Of a DNA stretch of 64,000 bases, positions 39,511 through 48,160 are shown in pieces. Position 1 is the stretch's first letter. Each line of letters begins with the position of its first letter. The position numbers and the translations under genes were made by a program. The notes under the pieces are model-generated. The model worked only from the letters and a program-made list of their open reading frames with translations. It was not told the origin of the DNA and did no database searches. This stretch comes from Phycisphaerales bacterium (lineage in GTDB: Bacteria; Planctomycetota; Phycisphaerae; Phycisphaerales; UBA1924). The stretch lies in NCBI GenBank assembly GCA_052168215.1, contig JBQLZJ010000009.1:16049-80048 (forward strand). The letters run 5' to 3'.

Positions 39511-40071
39511 CTAGGCGTCCGCGTCGCGCTTGAGGACGAAGGTCATCTGCCCGGCCACCTCACCCTCCTTGTCGAAGGTGGTCCAGATCTGCTCGACGGT
39601 GTCGTCGTCGACGAAGACAAGTGTCAGGCCGCCCATGTAGTGGTCCTGCCCCTCGGTGAAGTTGCTGACGGTGTCGACAGCAAACTCGATCGATGGGCCT
39701 CGGTCGGTCTCTTCGATGCCCTCGGCGACCATGCGCGGCTGGTTGCCCACGGCGCAGTAATGCGTGCAGACGACGCGGTCGCCGTCCATGTGGTACAGGT
39801 TGGTCATCTCGTGCGGCTCGCCGACCATCATGACTTCGCGGACGACGGAGCCGGCGCTCGAGGGTGTGAAGACCGAGACCTCTTTGCTGAGCGAACCGTC
39901 TTCCTGCACCAGGCGCCACTGTCCTTCAAGCGAGGTGAGCAGTTCCATCACCTTGGCCTTGTGCGCCGCGTCCTGGGCAACCGGGGCGATCGCGGCCCCT
40001 TCGGGCTGCACCGGGGCAAGGCCGAGGCTCAGGGCGAGAACGGGGGCGGCGAACAGTGCGGCGTGACGCAT
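39511..40071 (-). CDS. Secreted protein of unknown function
   Basis: ATG at codon 35 gives signal peptide MRHAALFAAPVLALSLGLAPV. Contains a conserved-looking CTHYCAVGNQPRMV segment. No family assigned with confidence. Confidence 0.5.
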   Translation of the reverse strand: MRHAALFAAPVLALSLGLAPVQPEGAAIAPVAQDAAHKAKVMELLTSLEGQWRLVQEDGSLSKEVSVFTPSSAGSVVREVMMVGEPHEMTNLYHMDGDRVVCTHYCAVGNQPRMVAEGIEETDRGPSIEFAVDTVSNFTEGQDHYMGGLTLVFVDDDTVEQIWTTFDKEGEVAGQMTFVLKRDADA

Positions 40072-40248
40072 GGCAAGGACCTCCTCAGGTTTCGTTTCGG
40101 ACTGCAGTTTACCGGACAGCGAAGTGGGGATTGATGGTGCAGAGAGAAACCTGCGCGGGCTTGATTTCAACAATCAATAAGCCTAGAGAAATATCGGCTA
40201 TTGCTCGGCTTCGGGCGAGCCCGGCCGGGCGCAACTGGAGGTCCAGCC

Positions 40249-40923
40249 ATGCGTTGCGTTGCTCTTGGCGTCTTGTTCCTGCTGGTGGGCTGCCAGCGTA
40301 GTGGCGTTCTTGAACCCGTCGGAGAAGCCCCTTCGATGGAGCAGCGGTCTGTTGCATCCGCCGAGGCTCCGGTCCCGACAGAGCTCGCGGTGATCCAGCG
40401 GGCCTTGGACGAGGCGCTCGAGGACGAGCGCCGTTCGGAGGCGCTGTACGAGGCCGTCATGGAGCGGGTCGGCGAGCGCCGGCCGTTCGCGACCATCGTG
40501 CACGCCGAGCGCCGCCATCAGGCGATGCTCCTGGCGCAGTACGAGCGGTTGGGCTTGATTCCGCCGGATGAGCACGCCTTCGAGTTCGAGGTGCCGGACG
40601 ACTTCGTATCGGCGTGCGTCATGGCGGCCGACGCGGAGCGCGAGAACATCGCGATCTACGACCGTGTGCTCTCGCAGGTGACCGAAGCCGGCGTGGTTGC
40701 GGCGTTTGAGCGGCTGCGCGCTGTGTCGCTGAACTGCCACCTTCGCGCGTTCGAACGCCACGCCTCGGGTGATCACGCGGGACATGCAGAGGGCGGGGCC
40801 GGGGGCTGCGCCGGAGCTGGAGCCTGTGGTGGAGGGGGCGGCTGCGGCAACGGAGCCGGTGCGGGCGGCTGTGGGGGCGGCTGCGGTGGGGGCCCGGGCG
40901 GCGGGCATTCGCACGGCGGCTGA
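40249..40923 (+). CDS. Lipoprotein with a ferritin-like DUF2202-type domain and a Gly/Cys/His-rich C-terminal tail
   Basis: Lipobox MRCVALGVLFLLVGC. ALEDERRSEALYEAVMERVG...VHAERRHQAMLLAQYERLGL...AADAERENIAIYDRVL...SLNCHLRAFERH. The tail is GDHAGHAEGGAGGCAGAGACGGGGGCGNGAGAGGCGGGCGGGPGGGHSHGG. Confidence 0.65.
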   Translation: MRCVALGVLFLLVGCQRSGVLEPVGEAPSMEQRSVASAEAPVPTELAVIQRALDEALEDERRSEALYEAVMERVGERRPFATIVHAERRHQAMLLAQYERLGLIPPDEHAFEFEVPDDFVSACVMAADAERENIAIYDRVLSQVTEAGVVAAFERLRAVSLNCHLRAFERHASGDHAGHAEGGAGGCAGAGACGGGGGCGNGAGAGGCGGGCGGGPGGGHSHGG

Positions 40924-40958
40924 CTATGTGCCTGGACCGGTTCTCCTAGCATCGTCGC

Positions 40959-42059
40959 ATGACCCAAGGCTCCGTCTTCACGCTGGCCGGGAAACGCATC
41001 GCACCCGGCACTTCCCGTGATGTCGAGGTGCCGGTGGGGGAGTCCGCCACGGGTCGGGAGGTGACGGTGCCGACGCGCGTCTGGCGCGGTTCGGAGGCCG
41101 GGCCGACGGTCGCGATCACCGCGGCGGTGCACGGCGATGAGATCATCGGTATGGGCATCGTGCGGCAGCTCTTGATCGACCCGCCGTTCGAGCTGCGGCG
41201 CGGCACACTCGTGCTCGTTCCGGTGATGAACATCCTCGGCTTCGAACGGCAGTCGCGGTACATGCCCGATCGCCGCGATCTGAACCGCAGTTTTCCCGGC
41301 TCGGCGACCGGAAGCCTGACGGCGCGGTTCGCCCACGCGGTGTTCGATCAGATCGTGCGCCGGGCGGATTGGCTGATCGACCTGCACGCGGCGGCGGCGA
41401 AACGCACGAACTACCCGAATGTCCGGGCCGACCTCAACGACCCCCGATGCGCTGAGCTGGCGCACCACTTCGCGGCAAGCCTGACGGTCCACGGCCGAGG
41501 TCCGGAGGGATCGCTGCGCCGGGCCGCGGTAGACGCGGGTGTACCGGCGATCATCCTCGAGGCCGGTGAGGTCTGGAAGTTCGAGCCGCGTCTGACGGAG
41601 GCCGGGGTCCGCGGCATCGTCAATGCGCTGCACGGGCTCGGCATGATCGAGGGAGGGCCCGTGGAGCCGAGCTTTCGCGCGGTCTGCCGGAAGACCGAGT
41701 GGCTGCGCGCGGATCAGGGCGGCATCCTGCGCTTCCATGTCGGCCCGGGCGAAGATGTCGACCGCGATCAGCCCGTCGCCACGGTGACCACGGTGCTCGG
41801 CCGGGATCTGGGCGTGATCACGGCGCCGGGCGACGGCATCGTGCTGGGCATGACAACCATGCCCTCCGTTGTCCCGGGCGATCCGGTGTGCCACCTCGCG
41901 ACAGTCGAGGGGGGGATCGACGCGATCCGCCGGGCGCGGCGGCGGTCCCGCGGAGAGACCCTCGACGAACGCGTTCGCGATGACCTGGCGACCAACCTCT
42001 CGCTGGAAGAGCACGACGGATCCGACGCGCCAGACGCCCCACAGCCGGCCGAGGGCTGA
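40959..42059 (+). CDS. Succinylglutamate desuccinylase/aspartoacylase-family (M14-like) zinc hydrolase
   Basis: VAITAAVHGDEIIG, VPVMNILGFERQSRYMPDRRDLNRSFPGS and DLHAAA. Confidence 0.75.
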   Translation: MTQGSVFTLAGKRIAPGTSRDVEVPVGESATGREVTVPTRVWRGSEAGPTVAITAAVHGDEIIGMGIVRQLLIDPPFELRRGTLVLVPVMNILGFERQSRYMPDRRDLNRSFPGSATGSLTARFAHAVFDQIVRRADWLIDLHAAAAKRTNYPNVRADLNDPRCAELAHHFAASLTVHGRGPEGSLRRAAVDAGVPAIILEAGEVWKFEPRLTEAGVRGIVNALHGLGMIEGGPVEPSFRAVCRKTEWLRADQGGILRFHVGPGEDVDRDQPVATVTTVLGRDLGVITAPGDGIVLGMTTMPSVVPGDPVCHLATVEGGIDAIRRARRRSRGETLDERVRDDLATNLSLEEHDGSDAPDAPQPAEG

Positions 42060-42065
42060 TGCCCG

Positions 42066-42821
42066 CTATCGCAGGTCGGCGCCCTTCTTGGTGTAGTACG
42101 GACCGAGGTGCGGACGCTTCGGCTCGGTGTACGCGCCCGCCCGCTGCACGCTCCAGGGCACGGGGTCCGCGACGCCACGCTCACGCAAATATTCGATGTA
42201 GGCCGCGTCGTACGAATCGAGGTGATCGAGCACAGCCTCGTCCGCCGGGTATCGCTCTTCGAACAGCACCGCCTCCACCGGCAGGCGGGGGCGCGCCCCG
42301 GGCGACTCCGCCGGGATCCCGACGCACAGCCCGAACAGCGGGTACACGCCCTCGGGCAGCTCGAGCAGCCGGTCCACCTCGTCGATGTGGTTGCGCAGCC
42401 CGCCGATGTAGCAGATCCCGTAGCCCATGGCTTCCAGCGCGATCACGGTCTTTTCCGCGAAGAGGCTCGCGTCGATCGCGGCGACAAGGAACGACTCGAG
42501 CCGCTGGTCGTACGCGTTCCCATCGCGAACCGCGGCGAGGCGGTGCCGACGCGTATCGCCGCAGATCACCAGGAACGCTCCGCTCTGGGCGACCTTCTCC
42601 TGCGGTCCGCACAGGTCGGCGACGCGGTCCCGCGTCTGCTCGTCGCGCACGCGGATCGCGCAGTACGCCTGCACCGCGGAGCTGGTCGAGGCCATCTGGC
42701 CCGCGGCGACGGCAGTCCTGAGGTCCTCGTCAGGCACCGGGTCCGGGGCGAACCGCCGGATGGAGCGGTGCGCCATGAGCAGATCCAGCACGGTCCGGGC
42801 GGAGTCCTGGGTGTGGGGCAT
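42066..42821 (-). CDS. Oxygen-insensitive NAD(P)H nitroreductase, NfsA-like
   Basis: ATG at codon 39 gives MPHTQDSARTVLDLLMAHRSIRRFAPDPVPDEDL...TSSAVQAYCAIRVRD...AFLVICGDTRRH, which is collinear with the NfsA pattern. Confidence 0.8.
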   Translation of the reverse strand: MPHTQDSARTVLDLLMAHRSIRRFAPDPVPDEDLRTAVAAGQMASTSSAVQAYCAIRVRDEQTRDRVADLCGPQEKVAQSGAFLVICGDTRRHRLAAVRDGNAYDQRLESFLVAAIDASLFAEKTVIALEAMGYGICYIGGLRNHIDEVDRLLELPEGVYPLFGLCVGIPAESPGARPRLPVEAVLFEERYPADEAVLDHLDSYDAAYIEYLRERGVADPVPWSVQRAGAYTEPKRPHLGPYYTKKGADLR

Positions 42822-42871
42822 GCACAAAAGGTAGACCACGGTTGCGCAGCCCGCCGGGTAGAGTGCCCGCG

Positions 42872-44338
42872 ATGCCCGCCGCCGCTGCCAGCTTGCCGGT
42901 CGCTCGAGACGATCGCCACGATGCGTTCGTTGCATTCGTGCTGCTCGCGGGCGCGGTGGTGCTGCTGACGCTGCATCCGCTGCGGTTCGTCGAGGATGCG
43001 GACGCCTATCTCCGAGGCCTGCGCGGGCTTGTCCGTCACCCGGCGGACGCCATGACTCCCCTGCACATGCTCCCCGCGGCTGCGTTGACGCTGCTGGGCT
43101 GTCGGGCCGCGCCGCTCGCTCGGCCGCTGCGCATCGGGCTCGGCATCGCGGGCTGGCTCCTGCTGCTGGAGCTGATCCAGCCGATCGTGCAGTATCGGCA
43201 CGCGCGTGCCGGCGATCTGCTGGCGCAGTGGCTCGGCGTCTGGCTCGGGCTGCACGCCGCAGGCCGCGCCCGGCGCTGGCGATCGCTCCCGTGGCGTGCG
43301 GTGTGGCTCGGGGCGCTCCTGACCTGTGCGGCGGCGGTGCTGTCGATCGGGCTGCGGGCGCAGGTCGGGCACCGCATCGGGCCGCTGGATCCGTCGTACC
43401 GCATCACGATCGGCAGCGAGGTCGGCGACGAACGGCCCTGGCTGGGGGTGATTCACCATGCCGCGTTGTACGCCGACGCGGCGACACCCGCGCAGGCGTC
43501 GCAGCTCGCCAACACCCCGCCCGATGTCGCCACGGCGTTCGTTCGCCGCGCGCTGCCCGGTGCGGTGCTGTACGACTTCGTCAACACGGGCGCGACCGTG
43601 GGAGGTGTGGTGCAGGTGCCGGCGGTGATTGGTGAGGCGCCGACGCTGTTCCGTCGCGGAGCTGTGCTCACCTCGGACGGGCTCGACACAAGCGCTGGCC
43701 CGCCCGTCGCCAGCAGGGAGAACCTCGGCGAGTTCTGCCGCGCTGCGGAGCAGGCGGGAGCGGTGTCGATCGAGGCGTCGGTCACGCCCGCCCGCGCCGA
43801 GCAGGTCGGGCCCGCACGGATTCTGACGATCTCCAACGGCGTCGGGGTCCGGAACCTGACGCTCGCGCAGGCGGGCGACGCCGTCGAGGTCCGGGTCCGC
43901 ACGCGGCGGACCGGGCTGAACGCGAGCCGCGTGACGGCCACTTTCCCGGGGGTGTTCCGCGAGGGTCGGCGTGTGCACCTGCTGGCTGTCAGCACCGGTG
44001 ACCGTGTATCGCTGTTCGTCAATGGGATGCCGGCCGGCGAGCGCGTGCTGCTGGTCGGCCCGGGCGAGTGGCTTGGGTTCGTGCCGGCGTGGGGCGATCT
44101 CGTCGGGGCGGTGGCGTTGTTCCTGCCCATCGGCGTCGCGGCAGCCGGTGTGATTCGCAGGCCCGTCGCGGGAGCGTTGCTCGGCGCCGGCGTCGCCGGT
44201 GGTGCGGCGGGCGTGGTGCTCGTGGCCTCGGCGGCGCTCGGCCGACCCGCATCGCTCCCCCTCATGCTGATGGCCTGCTCGATCGCGGTGCTCGGGGCGG
44301 TGCTGGCCTCTCCCAGGCCAACCGCCGCACACAGCTGA
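42872..44338 (+). CDS. Membrane protein: VanZ-like N-terminal module, LamG/concanavalin-like central domain, C-terminal TM segments
   Basis: VanZ-like: LLELIQPIVQYRHARAGDLLAQWLGVWLG. LamG-like: RILTISNGVGVRNLTLAQAGDAVEVRVRT...RRVHLLAVSTGDRVSLFVNGMPAG and PWLGVIHHAALYADAATPAQASQL. Confidence 0.5.
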   Translation: MPAAAASLPVARDDRHDAFVAFVLLAGAVVLLTLHPLRFVEDADAYLRGLRGLVRHPADAMTPLHMLPAAALTLLGCRAAPLARPLRIGLGIAGWLLLLELIQPIVQYRHARAGDLLAQWLGVWLGLHAAGRARRWRSLPWRAVWLGALLTCAAAVLSIGLRAQVGHRIGPLDPSYRITIGSEVGDERPWLGVIHHAALYADAATPAQASQLANTPPDVATAFVRRALPGAVLYDFVNTGATVGGVVQVPAVIGEAPTLFRRGAVLTSDGLDTSAGPPVASRENLGEFCRAAEQAGAVSIEASVTPARAEQVGPARILTISNGVGVRNLTLAQAGDAVEVRVRTRRTGLNASRVTATFPGVFREGRRVHLLAVSTGDRVSLFVNGMPAGERVLLVGPGEWLGFVPAWGDLVGAVALFLPIGVAAAGVIRRPVAGALLGAGVAGGAAGVVLVASAALGRPASLPLMLMACSIAVLGAVLASPRPTAAHS

Positions 44339-44423
44339 TGGATCCTTGCGACCCGGGCTGGCGACGCCCGTCCGGCGAGACGACAATCATCCCGGAAGCG
44401 CACCGCCCAGGAGCCCCATCAGC

Positions 44424-44999
44424 GTGCCGTCACCCATCGCGCATGGTTCCATGGTCATGCTGGCGCAGCCCGCGCTCGGGGCCGCGTGGCGTGACTCCAC
44501 CACGACCCAGCGGGTGCTCATCTCGCTGATGGCCCTGTTCGTCTGCGGCATGCCCGATCTGGACATCTTCATCGGTCTGGCTCGGACGGGCGACGCCTTC
44601 GCCGACCACGGCTACCAGACGCACTCGCTGCTGATCGCGCCGATTGTGGGCGTGGGTTTCGCGCTCCTCGCCGGGGCAATGGCCCCCCGCTTCCGCAAGC
44701 GGCGGGTTCGCTTTCGCGCGTTCTGCGTCGGGACGGCTCTCTACGCGTTGCATGTCGTCATGGACTATCTCACCCACGACTCCCGTGGCGTCGGGCTGCT
44801 CTGGCCGATCGTGCAGCAGCGTTTCGCTTCGCCGGTGGCGCTGTTCGTGGGCGTCGAGCACAGCGAGTGGTGGCTCTGGCGCGAGCATGTGCTGACCGTG
44901 ACGACCGAGCTGGCGTTCGCAGGTCTGGTTTGGTTCATGGCTCGTCGGATGCGCCGCGCACGCGGGTCCCTTGACGACACACGATGGGGAAGCCGGTGA
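44424..44999 (+). CDS. Membrane-bound metal-dependent hydrolase, YdjM/DUF457-like
   Basis: An in-frame GTG in track ORF 44346..44999 gives (M)PSPIAHGSMVMLAQ.... Also QTHSLLIAPIVGVGFALLAG and VVMDYLTHDSRGVGLLWP. Confidence 0.5.
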   Translation: MPSPIAHGSMVMLAQPALGAAWRDSTTTQRVLISLMALFVCGMPDLDIFIGLARTGDAFADHGYQTHSLLIAPIVGVGFALLAGAMAPRFRKRRVRFRAFCVGTALYALHVVMDYLTHDSRGVGLLWPIVQQRFASPVALFVGVEHSEWWLWREHVLTVTTELAFAGLVWFMARRMRRARGSLDDTRWGSR

Positions 45000-45805
45000 C
45001 CGAGGTCGGCAGGGTCACGATCGTCGATGGCCATGTGCACCTGCGTCCGCGGTTCGATCCGTCGGCGCTGCTCTCGTCGGCGCTGGCCAACGCGGACAGT
45101 CACGCCGCTCGGCTGGGGGCATCCTCGCACGACACGGTGCTCATGCTCGCCGAGGCCATGGGGGAGGACGCTTTCGATCGCCTCGCCGCCGCGACGGGAC
45201 CGGTTGGGCGGTGGCGGTTCGAGAGCACGGCCGAGACGGGGGTCCTGCGGGCCGAGCGCGACGACGGCCGATCGCTGCTCCTCATCCAGGGCCGGCAGTG
45301 GGCCTGCCGGGAACGGCTCGAGGTCCTGACGCTCGCCAGCGGCGCTCGAGAAGACGCCGGGCTCGCCGACGGGCTGCCGATCCGTGAGGTCATCCGGCTC
45401 GGGCTGGAGGCGGGGGCCTTGGTGACGCTGCCGTGGGGCTTCGGCAAATGGACCGGGGATCGTCGCCGGCTGATGCTCGAGCTGCTCGAGGCGTTCGGGT
45501 CGTCGGTGGTGGTGGGCGATTCGGCCGCCCGGCCTCGCGGGACGGTTGACCCCGTCATCCAGGCCGCCGATTCCCGGGGGATCCCGATCCTGCCCGGCAC
45601 CGATCCGCTGCCGGTGCCGGCGCACCGTGCGCGGATCGCCCGGTTCGGCCTGTGGCTCGACGGGTTCGCACCCGGAGCCGGGGTGGTTCCGTGGCTCACG
45701 GCGAGGATCCGGTCAAGTCGGCCCCGCCACGCGACGATCGGCCAACGGGACGGCCCGATCACGGCGCTGGCGACGCAGCTGCGCCTGCGGCTCTCGGCCT
45801 CCTAA
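44984..45805 (+). CDS. Hypothetical protein (possible amidohydrolase/PHP-like; IVDGHVHL N-terminus)
   Basis: Coding-like composition. Overlaps the previous gene by 16 nt. Only the VTIVDGHVHLRP motif is suggestive. Confidence 0.4.
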   Translation: MGKPVTEVGRVTIVDGHVHLRPRFDPSALLSSALANADSHAARLGASSHDTVLMLAEAMGEDAFDRLAAATGPVGRWRFESTAETGVLRAERDDGRSLLLIQGRQWACRERLEVLTLASGAREDAGLADGLPIREVIRLGLEAGALVTLPWGFGKWTGDRRRLMLELLEAFGSSVVVGDSAARPRGTVDPVIQAADSRGIPILPGTDPLPVPAHRARIARFGLWLDGFAPGAGVVPWLTARIRSSRPRHATIGQRDGPITALATQLRLRLSAS

Positions 45806-45864
45806 ACTCGACCCGCTTGCGCGCCGGGGTCGTGACCGTCAGGCCAGGGAAAGGGGGGGCGGAC

Positions 45865-47061
45865 ATGCGGATCCTCGTCATCGCGCCGCACCCGTTCTAC
45901 ATCGACCGCGGCACGCCGATCGATGTCGATATCCTGGTTCGCGCTCTGTGCGAGCAGGGGCACGAGGTCCACCTCGCCACGCTGCACGCCGGCGAGGACC
46001 GCGGCTACGAGAACCTGACGATCCATCGGATCAAGCCCCCCCGCGGCGTGGGGATGCTCTCGCCCGGCTTCAGCCCGGACAAGCTGCGCTGCGACGCGAA
46101 GCTCGCGGCCATGGCCTGGAAGCTGACCAAGCAGCTCAAGCCCGATGTGATCCACGCCGGCGAGGAGGCGGTCTTCATCGCCAAGGCGCTCAAGGCCCGG
46201 TTCGGCGTGCCGTATGTCTACGACATGGACTCGTCGATCGCGCAGCAGATGGTCGAGCAGATGGGCCGGCTCGCGCCGCTGGCCGGGGTGTTCAACTGGT
46301 TCGAGGGCTGGGCGGTGCGCGGGGCGGTGGCCTGCGCCCCGGTCTGCAACGCCCTGTCGGACCTCGCCCGCGAGCAGGGGGCGAAGCAGCTCGTCACGCT
46401 GCACGACATCAGCCAGCTCGATGTCGGCTCGCTCCGGCAGACCGGCTGGCTCCGGCGTCGGCTCAAGATCGAATCGGGCCTGGTGCTGGTCTACTGCGGC
46501 AACCTGCAGGTCTACCAGGGTGTGGACCTGCTGATCGAGGGCCTGAAGGTCGCCGCCGACGCCGACGCGGATGTCCACGCCGTCATCGCGGGCGGCGAGG
46601 AGGAGCAGATCGCCGAGTACGAGGCGAAGGCGAGCCGCATCGGCATCGCCCACCGGGTCCACCTCATCGGCAAGTGGCCGGCGGCCCGGCTGGGGGAGCT
46701 GCTGATCGAGGGGGACATCCTGACGGCCCCGAGGACGAAGGGCGTGAACACGCCGCAGAAGGTTTTTCCGTATCTGCACACGGGCAAGCCGGTGCTGGTC
46801 ACCGACCTGCCGACGCATTCGCAGATCTTGGACCAGTCCGTCTGCCGGCTGGCCCCGGCCGACCCGGTCGGGTTCGGGGAGGCGATCCAGGAGCTCGCGG
46901 CCGATGAGGCGCTCCGGCGTCGTCTCGGCGAAGCGGGCCGGGCGTTCGCCGAGGCGCAGCACACCTATCCTGCACACGCACGGCGGGTCTCGGAGCTCTA
47001 CGCCCTCGTCGCGGAAGCCGTTCAGAGCAACCGGGCCGAGACCTCTCCGACCGTGCAGTAG
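45865..47061 (+). CDS. GT-B fold glycosyltransferase, family 4-like
   Basis: ATG at codon 72 gives MRILVIAPHPFYIDRGTPIDVD.... The C-terminal half has LVYCGNLQVYQGVDLL, GEEE..., and PRTKGVNTPQKVFPYLHTGKPVLVTD (E-x7-E region). Confidence 0.75.
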   Translation: MRILVIAPHPFYIDRGTPIDVDILVRALCEQGHEVHLATLHAGEDRGYENLTIHRIKPPRGVGMLSPGFSPDKLRCDAKLAAMAWKLTKQLKPDVIHAGEEAVFIAKALKARFGVPYVYDMDSSIAQQMVEQMGRLAPLAGVFNWFEGWAVRGAVACAPVCNALSDLAREQGAKQLVTLHDISQLDVGSLRQTGWLRRRLKIESGLVLVYCGNLQVYQGVDLLIEGLKVAADADADVHAVIAGGEEEQIAEYEAKASRIGIAHRVHLIGKWPAARLGELLIEGDILTAPRTKGVNTPQKVFPYLHTGKPVLVTDLPTHSQILDQSVCRLAPADPVGFGEAIQELAADEALRRRLGEAGRAFAEAQHTYPAHARRVSELYALVAEAVQSNRAETSPTVQ

Positions 47062-47091
47062 CAGTCACCCCGACTCCGAGAGAAGTCAGAC

Positions 47092-48123
47092 ATGAAGGTT
47101 CTCGTGACAGGCGGCACCGGGTTCACCGGCAGTCATCTCGTGCGCCGGCTCATCCGCAAGGGCGATGAGGTAGTCGTGCTCGACAACCAGCCCGGGTTGT
47201 TCCACGACGAGCTGCGCGACCTGGGCGCGACGATCCACATCGGGAGCGTCACCGATCGCGAGATCGTGAACAAGGCGACCGAGGGCTGCGAGGTGGTGCA
47301 GCACACCGCCGCCGCCTTCCGCAAGCTCAATGTCCCGGACCGCCACTACTGGGATGTGAATGTCGAGGGCACGCGCAATGTCTGCAACGCGTGCAAGACC
47401 TTCGGCGTGCGCAAGCTCGTCTACTGCTCCACGCAGGGCGTGCACGGCCACATCGCCACGGGCACCGGCAGCGAGGAGAGCCCCATCGCGCCGGCGGACT
47501 ACTACCAGGAGACGAAGTACAACGGCGAAGAGGTCGTCATGCAGTTCGTGCACGAGGGGCTCGATGCCACGATCGTCCGGCCCACCGCGATCTACGGCCC
47601 CGGCGACCCGGGCCGGTTCCTCATGCTCTACAAGCTCTGCAAGACCGGCACCTTCCACATGTTCGGCGACGGCACGACGCACTACCACCCGGTGCACATC
47701 GAGAACCTGTGCGATGTGTTCGAGCTCGCCGCGTCGGCGCCGGGTGTGACCGGCGAGGCGTTCATCGCGGGCGACGATCACTCCGTGGAGCTCAACGAGC
47801 TGGTCCGAGAAGTCGGGCGGGCGATGGATATCGATGTCAAGATCCGGTATTGGCCCTTCGCCCCTCTTCGGGCGGCGGCCGTGGTCTGTGAGGGGGTTTG
47901 TAAGCCGCTGCGCATCACGCCGCCCCTGTTTCCGCGCCGCGTGGATTGGTACAGGCAGCACCGCTCGTTTACGATCGACAAGGCCCGAACGAAACTGGGC
48001 TACAACCCGCGGGTCGATCTGCCGATGGGCTTGAAGCAGACCGGCGACTGGTACCGGCAGTTCGGCTACCTGGACGGACGACCCGCGAGCACCGTGCGCC
48101 TCCCCGAGCCGATCGACCCGTAG
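47092..48123 (+). CDS. NAD-dependent epimerase/dehydratase (extended SDR)
   Basis: MKVLVTGGTGFTGSHLVRRL and the catalytic YYQETK (YxxxK). Confidence 0.8.
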   Translation: MKVLVTGGTGFTGSHLVRRLIRKGDEVVVLDNQPGLFHDELRDLGATIHIGSVTDREIVNKATEGCEVVQHTAAAFRKLNVPDRHYWDVNVEGTRNVCNACKTFGVRKLVYCSTQGVHGHIATGTGSEESPIAPADYYQETKYNGEEVVMQFVHEGLDATIVRPTAIYGPGDPGRFLMLYKLCKTGTFHMFGDGTTHYHPVHIENLCDVFELAASAPGVTGEAFIAGDDHSVELNELVREVGRAMDIDVKIRYWPFAPLRAAAVVCEGVCKPLRITPPLFPRRVDWYRQHRSFTIDKARTKLGYNPRVDLPMGLKQTGDWYRQFGYLDGRPASTVRLPEPIDP

Positions 48124-48160
48124 CGCGTCGGCGGTGGGGGGCGGGAGACCCTCACCAGCC

